A stretch of 64,000 nucleotides of DNA, from assembly GCA_965235115.1 (NCBI GenBank), contig OZ249436.1:66836001-66900000 (forward strand), read 5' to 3'. The notes beneath the pieces were generated by a model that worked only from the letters and a program-made list of their open reading frames with translations, had not been told where the DNA came from and searched no databases. Origin of the DNA: Laetmonice hystrix (taxonomy: Eukaryota). This document shows, in pieces, positions 27,017-39,302 of the stretch. A program made the translations under genes and the position numbers. Positions within the stretch are counted from its first letter, which is position 1. Every line of letters begins with the position of its first letter.

Positions 27017-30000
27017 GAACCAGACATCAGATTAAAAGGCTGAGAGAGGAGGTGATGGTGTTGGCCTGGAGGTCAGTATGAGGATCCGGCGGTGTCGGCC
27101 ACACAGGGCCCGGCAGGAGACCAACGTCGTGGGCCGCTGTCGACCCGCGGCTATAATGTGATATCGGTTTTATGGTGATGTATCGAAACGGCCAGCAAGG
27201 ATGTGCTGACTGCGAGTCATTATTGATAATAGTGAGATTATTTAGATAAAAAAAAATGTTGCAGTCACTTGGGGAACTGATGCATGTATGTATTTGGCGG
27301 TCTGAGGTCGTGAGGGCCTTAGCTGCCGTGCAAACTTCACACGAAACGTTCTCGCACGCAAGGGCATCATGCTATATTGCTTGTTTGTCCTGGGGTTGGA
27401 CAGGAGGGGGAGTGAAACTAGTACAATCATAAAGTCGTGGCGTATACACCTTCCTTTTACTATCACCGAAATCCTTACACTGTTTATTGATTATTTTTAC
27501 TGATAAGAGCCAGTTAAAAGGATCTGTCCCCAGCGTCGCCCTCCATCCCACCCCCTTGTTGCCCCAGGTATGTAATGTGCACTTAGTGGATGTTACTACC
27601 ATGTGTTTGGCGGGTTGTTCAATTGGAAGGCAGGGAGGATGAACAAGGCGAGCGTAATGGTGTGAGAGAAACCTAGCTACGAGGTACGCCCTCTTCTTAC
27701 TCCAGCGGGCCCCTGGGGTCGGATACTGTATTCATGTAGTTAGCCTTCTACTAGTCGAGGTAATGCATTCTCCCCAGCGTTTCTTAACGAACAAATAAAA
27801 GATCCACATCTCGTCGACCTGGAGGGATGTAGGTGGAAGGAGTGTTGGAGTGCCATCCTTTCTTCTACTCTAAAAAAAGAAATCATTTTAAAGCTTCGAC
27901 TTCCTCTGTATAGAAATACGCTTGGCTGAATATTATTGACTCTTCATGAAAAGGCTAAAAAGAAATTCTATCACACTGTTCTTGCTTAATAGAGAATTAG
28001 CATAAAATATTAAAACGATTGAATATTAAAAGTTTAAAATTCTATAATGTTAGAAAATAAAATATCCAATATCTATTCATGAAGCAAATCACCATGCAGG
28101 GGCGAATGGACACAACCCATTTTTAAAAAGGGATATCGTTGCCCCCGTCTCATTTCCTGACACCCCCCCCCCCCCGTCTTGTCTCTCCCTGTATACATAC
28201 AGTAGTCTTCACTCTGAGTGATGCTCGTACAGAATTCTCAGTCCTCACAACGAGTTGGTCCTCCCCAGCCATAACAGATGTTCTAGGGCGCGGTTTAAAG
28301 CAAGCAACATGATCGAGCTATTGCTTATTTACAGCATCCTTATGTAAATTGCTCACCTAGCCCTATTGTAAAAACATATCTGCATTGTTTAGAAACTAAA
28401 GCCTGTTTGCTTCTAGAAGGCTGTGGTGGCCAGGGAAAAAGGCGGAGGTTCTAGGCGGGCGGCCGCCTTGAAAGGGCAGCGGGCCGGCGGGGTGGTGCGG
28501 GACGGCCCCTAGAACCTGGCTGACTCGTGTTGGGCGGCCGGCCCGGCATGCCGACCCCTCCCCACTCCCCGGATTCCAACCGTTCACCCCTGCCTCACCT
28601 TCTTTATTTCACTGGGATTTATACTGAAAGAATGCGACAAATATGGTTCGAGTGGACAAGACGTTTGACGCGGTGGGTGGCGCGGCTACAGATCCGACCC
28701 CAGTCTGGAGATGCAAGAGGACGGATTGCAAACACGAGAGGGGACAACCAGGCCGGATTCTATATCACCAAGTTTGTTGATGTTTTGATCAAGAAAAAGT
28801 GGCTGGTTCCCATGTCAGAAGTTGGGAAAATTCTTATTTTTGTGTATATTTTTGGGAGGAGGTAAGTGGCGGCCTGGGTGCGGCGAGGTGGTCTGTCCAG
28901 GTCCCCTACATGTGGGCTGTATGTGCCGGAGGTAACGGCCAGCAACGACCTGTAGCATATGATGGGCAGATATCCACGTAAACTGATCCACACCATACTC
29001 CCGCTGTCTCTACCAAAGGGCAAAAATTTGTTTTCATTGAGATCCCAATGTCTACATTTCTTTATTCGTATGCTTTAATAGACAAAAGACATTGAAAAAA
29101 CACAAAAGAAGACAAGGGAAACGTTTGATAGCTCGATCTTCATGCAAGGCTCCAGAATAAAAACCTTTACATACGAACGGTCGGATTCAGCCAGGAGGTA
29201 ATAGGAATGTCTTCTCTCTCATTCATCCGTACCTGTATAACAACAGAAGCCTATAGGTTTATCCCCGGTAATTTTTAACAGTGGCACGCATAATTTATAG
29301 ACAGAGTCCCATAATAATGATGTGCCCCGTGAAGATGCTTTTAAAACAATACAGGTCTAGATTTTTCCTGGTTAACCCTAAATAATTTATAGGCCTCGAG
29401 CGATAACGACGTAAATATAGGCCTCCGTCGGATAAAAAGTTAAAACAATATAGTCTAGCCCTAGAGATTTATTCACAGTTAAAAGTTCTAGCAATAACCC
29501 CCTGAAGGCTAACAATTTAAGTTCTGTTAAATGCTCTAACAATAGAGTCCTGTTAATTTATTTATATCTCGGTTATAAATGCCCGGAAGTAGACTTATAG
29601 TGGGTTTTTTGACCTTGTGGGACCGTTTGTTCCTCGTGTAATGACAGAGCTTGGACGTTTTGCACTGTAACTGTTCAAATAAGAAAGCTCTACGTCCTGG
29701 TGTTTCCGTCAAGACAAGTATGTTGACCTGCCTCAACGATTTAACCCGCTTGCACATGTGCGGGTACAATTAACCGGGTATTTGGGACAAGGGCGAAGGA
29801 GTATACCGTAAATTATGGATGCCTGTGGCAGTGCTAGAGCAAACCACCTCCATTGGCTCTATCTCTGAGCGTATATTGTTTTGTAAACGTTATGTGGTCA
29901 CGCTATTTGATCGGCTCTGATGAACAATGGGGGAAAGTGACGTTCCGACAACCAAGATGGCCGCCGCTTACCAGTCGCGCCATCTGGCGTTGGTTACGTC

Positions 30001-32528
30001 GTGAACGCCAATCTTCCACGCTGTTCAGATCCGATGACGTCAGATACCCTGTGATAGCCAGCTGAAGGTCACCTGACCAGGTCAAGGTCAAGGCACGCTG
30101 AGTTGAATTTCCATGGAGGAGTTAATGTTGTCTAAGATTTTGAAGATCACACAGCCACTATCGCAATTCTCTGTCTCCTACATTGCCGATCCCTTACTTT
30201 TTGCAATTCATGAAAGGCTCTCCTTTCTGCCTGTCGATCTATTTTCTAGTCAACACTCAGTCAAGAGGGCGTTTTGTCCAATTTAACCAACGTAGGCATA
30301 TTCAATACTTTCGAGATTGAGTTTACACGTCGATATGTCGATTTACCTATACGCTCTATAATAGGCCTACCAAATGTATTTAACCTACAGAAAAATATGT
30401 ATCCCGACACTCCTCAATATAGAGTCAGATATTGCATCCACTTGGGTTTTCACTTGATTGATGCCAATCCTACTCCTACCCGTCCGATAATTTTCATGGA
30501 GAATGTCTCATGTTGCCTCTTACCGTATCCGTGTGAGGAAATGTTTAGGGGAGGGGCGGGGGCGCCCGTCCGGCAAGGACTAGAATAGAATGCGTGTCAG
30601 CATAGACAGGAAATCAGTCTTCAGCTCTGCTCCAACAATTACGTAACGTGTCATGCGTTGACTGTCGTACGTAAATACTCTAATGAGAGGTTGTTATCTA
30701 GAGGTAATATCAACCTGATCTACAATGATAAGGTACGCCAGCTGATTAAAGAATATCTCAACAATACAAAATTAGATGAACTGATTTTGAAGACAGGCAA
30801 GACGTTTCTTTTTCTAGTTGATTCAGCAAACACCTGTTGCTGACTAATCATGACTAATATCTAGGAACTCCTAGTATCTATCACTCAATCCCCATTCTGT
30901 TAACTCCAAACACGCTCGCTAAAAACGTGTCTGCTTTATACTAATAACCCTGAGAGCACGCCACGACCATTTACTCTCCCATTTAGTGGAGATTCTTCTG
31001 GTAAAGACTTAGTGGTCCCCAACCCGTCATTAATCATTTGATCTTTGTTGCGGAGCGATCACAATGGCTTTTGTTTCTCGTTATTGACTCCCCAATGGTG
31101 GTAGTCGATAGAGAAATACTACTTACCATATAAGTCTGCAGGGGTTCATGTTCTGACAGCGGTGGAATTAATCAACCGCAGAGATCTTTGATATCATTAT
31201 AAAGATATAATCTACATTATAGATAATTTGGCCTAACTTGTATCTATCTTTGAGAGCCAACGGTGCAACATGCGTGCCGACATCTCAAGTCTAAGGTCAG
31301 TAAGAGCAATGTTGTGTACAGGACATTATCATCAGTTTAATTGTAGGCCTATAGGCTTATGTTTACGTATATATACAGGCGAACGTAATATCTTCCTTTT
31401 ATCTGTAATCGTCATGAGATTCTCACTGCTGATGTCGAACCCGAAGTGTTCTAATAATGCGGAATGGGTCCGGTGTATGCAGGAACCGCCGTGGAGGGAG
31501 GGAGCAACAGTAACGACCAAATCATCAGGAAATATTGCCACCAATGTCTCCACTGATACGTTTATATCAACCTACTCTTTCTTTCCGGCTTCCTCTTCAT
31601 CTTCCTTCTCTTCATCATTTCAGTCGTAGCAGACTCGTTTATAACATAACGAGATGATGATAATTGTAATCGGCCGAATATGACGAGAGCGTACGGAAAT
31701 ATTCGGCCGAGTCAAATATACGGCCGACTATGAAATAATCGTATAAGTGGGAGGGCGGCTTAACTACATGCATGGTCTGTTTCACCTCCGGGTCAGAGGG
31801 CAAGAGGTGGGGTCAGGTGGGCGGGGCGGAGGTCAAGGCCGACCGTTGACGGATAAGGCCGGCCAACTGCTGACCAGCAGTGCATCATTTTCTCCGCTCG
31901 CCCTCACAATGCGATTATTGGCCTGAGAACCGTACGATAATAACCTGACTTTTACGTTTGGCATCATCTGTTTAAGAAGACGTCAGAAATAAAGCTCATA
32001 TAATTGTACTGTAGACTGTGCTTTATAGGCACAAGGCAAAATGTCTGATCGTTGTATCTGATGGGATTAAGCGAGACTCTGCTAGAGAAAACTGCCATGC
32101 GACTTCATAAAAGATATGCCTTAATTGCTTCTTTGGCCTATATGTCTTTTTTGAAGAAAAAGAGAAAATTAAAAAAGAAGATATTCACTAGAAATCGTTC
32201 TGAATCATCTCTACTTCTCGCTGTGTACCCGAGGGGTGGGTGTGCATGTGTGAGACCTACCCAGGGACAGACCGCGCTGACGGGTGGAGGCCGGGCTCCC
32301 GAAGGTTTGAGGTCGGGAGACACGGCACCCATGGCCCGGACTCTGACGGTCTCCTGGTCCTCGTCTGTCAGTACGACCAGCGTAAACTGACAGTCTCTAG
32401 TAAACAGGACCCTGGCAGTTACCTTACCACTAACCCCCATCTCACTTCACTATTATACCCCCACCCCTCTGACAGGGTTTCCAGTCGGTATAGTAGTCGC
32501 CTAGTGAGGAGCACATTATTGACTATAC

Positions 32529-32593
32529 TACTAGACTCTAGTACTAGACTCTAGTACTAGACTCTAGTACTAGACTCTAGTACTAGACTCTAG
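32529..32593. repeat. 13-bp tandem repeat, ~5 copies, containing the palindrome ctagtactag
   Basis: Unit tagactctagtac. Confidence 0.9.
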
Positions 32594-34335
32594 CGGCGCC
32601 TGATCATCCCATGAAGGTATGTCTTTAGCTCGGGACGATCTTATTCATTTGTGTGTATTATTGCTGCGACTAGATATCTCTACCTAGGAGCATTATATGC
32701 GATAAATATCTGATTTTGGGGAACCAAATCTATTTAGGACACAAGTCTTTGAAGGGAACATCACGTCATAGAATACCTGGTGTTTGTACATCAGTGACGA
32801 TCTTTTTGATTTGAATCCATTTGATTTGCATATCCTGTATATGGTTCGTTTCTTATTGAATGGAAATCATATAGGCGGATTCAGGGGTTGCGCCCTTTTT
32901 GACCCCCTCCCTACTGCATGGACCCCCTTGGGACCCTCCCCCTTCTAAAATCCTGGTTCTTCATCGCGAAACGTGGTTGAGCGATATTCCGGGAGATGCG
33001 TGCATCGCGCCTGCGCAGTCAATAGTGTTTCCGCTTTCGCAGTAAATCTGTTCAGCGAGGGAACGTAACAAATCTCCCATCTTCCTTCATACAGGTTTGT
33101 TGTTAATGACCTTGGCAAGTTCTAAGACACATGACATGGCGACAAGAAGGCAGAAAAACTAAAACCAGATGATTGACCAATCTATTTTGAAGTAAAGATA
33201 CTTTGAGGGAATCGATCAGATTATTGGGATAAATGTAATAGGTAAATGCCCATCCCCTCCGCCTCCACGAAATCCAATCCTATGGGACCAACTTCACCTT
33301 ACAATAATATCGTGTATCACTGGCATGAAGCACCTTTAAAATTCTTGGTCAGCGAAGTGGAATTTGTCTTGCGTTAAGAACGTAATTACTGACAACAATT
33401 AACAGAAGCGCTCGTATCTTTCTATCTCGTAGTGTTTATTATAAAGCGTCATGGCATAAATTACAGCTGTGAGACCCCGTGTAGTTACCAGTTTCCTACT
33501 CCTTCACTTTATCCTTAAAGCACATATGGTTGAAACAGGCCATTGAGACATATCAGCGACATAAAATAAATATACAAACTATTTCGCATCTACTGGAGAC
33601 TATATCCTGAAGGGTACCGTATAAATAAAGTATAACTCTGCCGAGGCCAAGACAATGCTATGGGCAAATAAACGCCATCACAAAACCGGTTGTGTAGATG
33701 TCTTTGCCAGTGCTGGAACTACAAATAACAATATAATCAGCCAGTATATGTACAGACGGTTTGGACCTGAATACACCATGAGACGGTTCTCAACTCGAGT
33801 CGCTCGTGCTCTGCTCAGTCAGTCCACAGTTCTAACGGCACAAGCCTGAGCACTCTTCTACACGATACGTTTTAATATCGATTATCAATTAAAGAAATAA
33901 AAAGTGTGTCAACGGAGTGTAAGTATCTTGTCCCGTAAGTATGAGCCGTACATACGGGAGCCCTTCACGATGAACAGGGCAGCACCATTGGCCTCACTCA
34001 TTAAGCATTATCTAGGAGCTGTTCCGTCCAAAAACAAATTTGGACATATTTTTTGTTATAACAATGGCTTATCAAGATCTGCCACCTCCGGTATTTGAAC
34101 TATATGCTGTGTACGACACCCACCCACTGAGGGCAGACACCGTGAAGTCAGTGTTGTTAGGTGTCCACTCAAGGAACGTCCGGGTGTATTGTACAGGTTT
34201 TCACTCATCGGTCGGCACCGTTGATTTGGCTGAATTCAGCCCGGGTCACACAGCACCGTAACATAGTCCACCTCACTTCGCGGCCCCGAACATTGGCGAC
34301 CAGCGTGAGGCATCCCGGCCTACGTACGAGAAACG

Positions 34336-34341
34336 TTTATT
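34336..34341 (-). terminator. Candidate distal poly(A) signal AATAAA for SoxE
   Basis: Forward tttatt, about 260 nt after the stop codon. A further candidate lies near 33435. Motif only. Confidence 0.3.
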
Positions 34342-34414
34342 ATGTCATGACGTTTCACGTCATTCCACGTACCGCTGGAGTCTACGCGTGACCCTTTAAC
34401 GGGGGAGAGTAGCC

Positions 34415-34423
34415 TGAGATCAT
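34415..34423 (-). promoter_or_regulatory. bantam 8mer seed-match site in the putative SoxE 3' UTR
   Basis: The minus strand reads AUGAUCUCA, complementary to bantam nt 1-9, about 180 nt after the stop codon. UTR extent is not proven. Confidence 0.6.
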
Positions 34424-34553
34424 GTAGGGACGTTGACGTACCGGAAGTGCGACGTACACCACATTCTCTTCACTTCCGGTCCGAAGAGTTTCATCATTTT
34501 CAACATGTCCTCTCTGGGAGCCGTGACAACCCCTGTCCTTGTAGTTGGGTGGA

Positions 34554-34559
34554 TTTATT
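34554..34559 (-). terminator. Candidate proximal poly(A) signal AATAAA for SoxE
   Basis: Forward tttatt, about 42 nt after the stop codon. Motif only. Confidence 0.3.
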
Positions 34560-34600
34560 TTATATTTCACAAGGATTACAACAGTTTATAAAGTTAACAG

Positions 34601-35427
34601 TTACGGCCGTCCGTAGCGGTCCCACTGAGAGTTAGCGTTGATGGGCGGTACGGTTCCCGTTGTACCGGTCGGGTAGAGGGAGCGGAGGCCTGGGGCCACA
34701 CACTGGTAGGGTGGCGGGGCCGGTGAGTACATGGCCCCGCTCTGGGCGTAGTATTGGGCGGCGGCGGCCGCCGAGCTGTCCGCTCCGAACCCCTCCATGT
34801 CCGGGTCGTCTTGATGCTGCAGCGTGAAGCTAAACCGAGGCTGGAGGTGTTCGTAGGTGAATTTGTGGTGATCGGACGGGCTTCGGAAATCGGCGACGCT
34901 CATGGCGGGAGTTTGCTCCATCTTAACAGGAGGAGAATGTTGGTCGGGGTATTTGCTACCGTTACCATTGTCACTTCCGGTGCTCGGCGGCGCATGCGCG
35001 TGCGTATGAGAATGGCCGTACGGGCTGTCATTTTGCATGCTTCCATTGGCGGAGTGCATGCCGCCGTGCAGTTCGTGGTTACTGTCGGGAGATATGGGAC
35101 TTCCGGTGCCGTTGCTATGGGAACTCGTGGTAGAGGCCATACGTTGTAGCTGGCCGCTGGCCGATGACGTTGACATCCGGTAAGAGTTGACCCAGGTGGG
35201 TGCCGTGGTGGTGTTGGTGGTCTGTTGGTTGGGCGCGTAGGGTGGGGGAGGGTGGGGACCCATGGGTTGCCCCCGGCCCGGCTGGCCTGGGTGAGGGTGG
35301 CCGTTGGGTGGAAGGTACTGGTCAAGCTCACTGTCCTCGAACTGACCCATGTTTACTACGACGTCCGTGCTCAGATCCCGGATGTCCACACCGCTGAAGT
35401 CGATTGGCTGAGTTTGTGAGGGCTGGC
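34601..35427 (-). CDS. SoxE: SoxE coding exon 3 (K2 region and C-terminal region, stop TAA)
   Basis: Acceptor ctgtcttttccag|GC is in phase with exon 2. Encodes [33 protein letters not shown], matching the SoxE K2 motif, and ends ...SQWDRYGRP*. Exons total 440+371+827=1638 nt, or 545 aa. Confidence 0.93.
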
Positions 35428-35737
35428 CTGGAAAAGACAGAACAGCCGTTTATTTTCAAGCAAAAGGAGGTTTTGAAATCATTGCAGTCGTGTGGAATTT
35501 GCATAGGACCGTATAGAATCGTAGGATACTCAGGAAAGTAATGTCTTTACGTATACAATGTAAGATTCTTCCCAATTATGTTTGTATTGTAAATTTATAG
35601 TCTCTCTGAATGCTAAGGAAGTTGTGTTGCGCTATATCGAAGCATACCCAAGTTCCCTTACAAAATAAGGATGGCTACCGAATCTGTTGGATTCCGGCTG
35701 TTTGGTGATCGTTAAAGCGGTTCTCTCACACACGTAC
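35428..35737 (-). other. SoxE intron 2 (310 bp, GT-AG)
   Basis: GTACGT donor and a pyrimidine-rich acceptor ending ttttccag. The join restores the frame into the K2 motif. Confidence 0.9.
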
Positions 35738-36108
35738 CTGGATGACGGTGAGCTGATGTTCGGACGCCCAGTGTCTCTCCATGGTTGGGGGTTGTCGGTG
35801 GGGTCGGGGGTCCCTGGCTACCCCCCTGACTCCGGGTGGCCCCTCCACCCCCGCCCCCTCCGCCACACTCTCCGTCACTCAGCGTGGACGTCGGCGACAC
35901 TTCTCCCATCGATCGGTACATGCCGGACGGCGCATGCGTCAGAGTGTGCGCATGCCCGTTCTGGTGTTCCGGGAACCCGTTTCCGGCGCCCTTAAGTGGT
36001 TTCCGGCGGCGCGGCTGGTACTTGTAGTCCGGGTGGTCCTTCTTGTGCTGTACTCGGAGTCGTTCGGCTTCCTCCACAAACGGCTTCTTCTCTTCATCAT
36101 TCAGCAAT
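35738..36108 (-). CDS. SoxE: SoxE coding exon 2 (end of the HMG box, GPPTPPTTP motif)
   Basis: Acceptor ttaacag|A completes codon AGA with exon 1. Encodes [36 protein letters not shown] and the SoxE motif GPPTPPTTP. Donor CCA G|GTACGT (phase 1). Confidence 0.96.
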
Positions 36109-38919
36109 CTGTTAACATAGGGAAAAACGTTTTAATATTAATAAATTGGGCTTCTACAAAACAGGAATGTTTACTGGTATAAATGTCAGTAATTCAAGGC
36201 CAAATTACCCAGACATGGGGACTTTTTCTGCCATTAGAATTCGTGCGATTTCAAACAACCAGTAGGCCTACATACATGTACATAACTCCAGACTTGCAAA
36301 TGTTCCTAATTTTGTAATGGAGAAAAATGTATGCTTCAGATTGTTAGTTTGTATGATTGTTGCTATCGTGACATTTTTAAAAGGAAATTAACTCATTTAT
36401 TTATCATAGTAACGTAATAATATAACACATACATTATGATGTAGCCTATAGTGACTGGTCATTGATCGCTCATCGTACGATCAATGTAACGAAATAGATA
36501 AAACGTAAACTTTGCTCTCAAACGACGCCAAAGATTGACCTAGATCCATCATTCCCTGCACTTCCCTGTCGACAAGGTTATCGCGTTATGTTTGGGAGTG
36601 AATTGTTAACAACGTGGTTTTCAAATTGGTATAAACGTGCCTGAATGTTTGCGGCTCGTCGTACTGCGTGCTGCACGCCGAGTTCACGCTAAGCCGAGCT
36701 CCAGGCACGCCGTCCGCACAGACCAACAACCCCCTCTAACTTCACCCCCTACCCCCTCCTCACACCCCTACCACCACACCCCCGTCTCATGCAGTTATCG
36801 GCGCTTACATGCATCTTATGAAATTCTATAGAAACCATTTGGGGTATCGAATTTGCCGACCTGGTGATTTTGATTGAGTTGAATGGCCGCGGGGTGGGGT
36901 ATGGCAGGGGTGGGGTACGTATAGTGTGGGGTTGAGTGGGGTGCGGAGAGGTGGTATCTCCTACCCCCGTCCCCAGTATATAATCAGTGCCTGACTACAG
37001 GTATATAGGCGAGGGACGCTTGGTTTAGCTTTCTTCATACACGGGTGAACTTCAGTGGGACGTCTACACCAACATCTCAGGTCTACCCCTGTTCATTCCA
37101 GTAGAACGCACCAAGAATGTTGACCATTATCAGTCCTCACCCTCTGTTAGGGTGTCCCTGTCATTATCCGAGCGTCACCTGTACCATCAGCGCTCCCATA
37201 TCACTGAAAACAACCTATAATTCCGGCAGTAACGAGACATATCGCTCTGTGGCCCCAACCTGTCCCAATGTACCGTCCTCTTAGGTTCATGGTCGTGCAT
37301 CAATCATTAGGCTGAGCGCTATCATTCACCGTAAGATAATACAGGATAAGTCACATGGACCAGATTACCACATGGCCATTGACGGAGTGAGGAGGTCGTC
37401 CATTTGTTTGGTCTCCATGCAGACGTATACTGTTGTGTTTAACACGGAGTTGAGTTTGAGCGTTTATTTACGGGCAGGAAAGTGAGCGTTTAACGTTTGG
37501 GAGCGAGGTGTTCGCTGAACGCTTCCATGCCTGACGACTGCTGAACTTGCCGCCGCCGTGGTACGATATGACGTGTCTTTGACCGGATTTGTCATCGGCA
37601 CGACAGGAACAGTCCGTCCTCAGGTCGTCTCAGGGACAGGTGGGTGGGTGGGTGTCTTTCTGTCGCACCTCTTGACGGCCACCCAGCGCCCTGACACAGT
37701 CTGACATCATTTGGCCAGTTGAAGTCACCACACCGTATGATTTGTCCGCTATTGTCCGCCCTTCACTTAGCCCGAAGCCTTTCAGGGGTTGTGCTCATCT
37801 CTCTGGTCAGTCAAAAACGGAGAACTGAGCCGAGAAATGGCTAAACGCGAGCATTTCTAAAAGAACTACCGCGGGCTGTTTTTCCAGGTTATCACTACCA
37901 ATCATGGCGTGATTATCAAGGCGTCGCGCATTAGTCGCTCCCATTTTTCCACAACCCCCACCCCCGCCCACCCCAGCCCTTGATTGAAACTGGGCCGTCA
38001 GGGTAAGCACTAACATAACCCCAAATACCCACCACCACCAAAAGAACCTCATCTCTAGCAAAACCTTTGAGATTTCGTGTTCATTTAGGGGGTCTGTCTT
38101 ATGGAAGATATGTGCCCTTTATATAACCTAGCAGTGGTCCTTACTGTGAGGCAGCACACCAACCAAATCCTACCAACCCAGCTCCAGGCCAATCATCTTG
38201 CGTGCAGGCAACCAAAGGCTGCTAGATTTATGGCAGTTCGTATTTGAAGGTTGTAAAATATGACACAGCCAGAGGGTAGCTCACCCAGCACCGGGAAGTC
38301 AATCGCATATCATCAGTGAATGGGGGTGTAATATTAGTCTGCATGAGCGCCGATGATAGGCGGTCCAGTACATTGAAATGAAGGTGACGTTTTGAAAAAA
38401 CACCCAAATCTTTCCCTGTAGACTTCCTTCATGGTTGGCCTTTGTCGAGGTAGACTGGGACTGGGTAATGTACCAGGAGCAACCACCTCGGGACAGCTCC
38501 TGTAATTGTGACACTCAGGTAAATCAAGCTTCAAGGTGTAATTATGGTTAGGCCGACAACCTAGTGTTAATTCGTTGTCCTTTTCGACAAACTACGTCTT
38601 CAAGAATGATTCGACTCTCACAGGGGTCCTTTACATGTATACAGGACGTGCAGGTCTAGGACGTTGGTTTAGACAAATGTTTTTAATGTGATAACATAAA
38701 ATTTTAACTGGACTGTCTGTCTGAGGGAGGGGGACGTGGGACGTGTTGTTATTGACGGCTTATCTTCAATCAGGATGTCGACGTGTCGCGTCCAATGTGC
38801 ACGTTTATCTGGATCTCGATGACGGTGGGAGCAGTCGATATGCCATCATGGCCGTCTGATTACAGGTCAACCGTCACGTTACATATCGTGTAGTCACATA
38901 ACCCGGACCACGTGTACCA

Positions 38920-39302
38920 TTGGTCACACCCAGCCAGGTCCTTGGCCGCTAGTCACGTTGGTCACACTCAGCCAGGTCTTCAACATAACCGCTAGTCACG
39001 TTGGTCACACTCAGCCAGGTCTTCAACATAACCGCTAGTCACGCTGGTCACACACAGCCATGTCCTCAACATGGGCGCTATAGTCACGTTGGTCACAGCC
39101 AGCCAGGTCTTCAACATAACCGCTAGTCACGTTGGTCACACACAGCCAAGTCTTCAACATAACGGCTAGTCACGTTGGTCACACCCAGCCAAGTCTTCAA
39201 CATAACCGCTAGTCACGTTGGTCACACCAAGCCAGGTCTTTGACATGGCCGCTAGTCACGTTCGTCACTACCAGCAACATAACCGCTAGTCACGTTGATC
39301 AC
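38920..39302. repeat. ~43-bp degenerate minisatellite, ~8 copies
   Basis: Unit ctagtcacgttggtcacactcagccaggtcttcaacataaccg. Confidence 0.9.

Noticed and set aside
34754-36182. Antisense and alternate-frame ORFs over SoxE exons 2-3
   Set aside because: Shadow ORFs of a GC-rich coding sequence.
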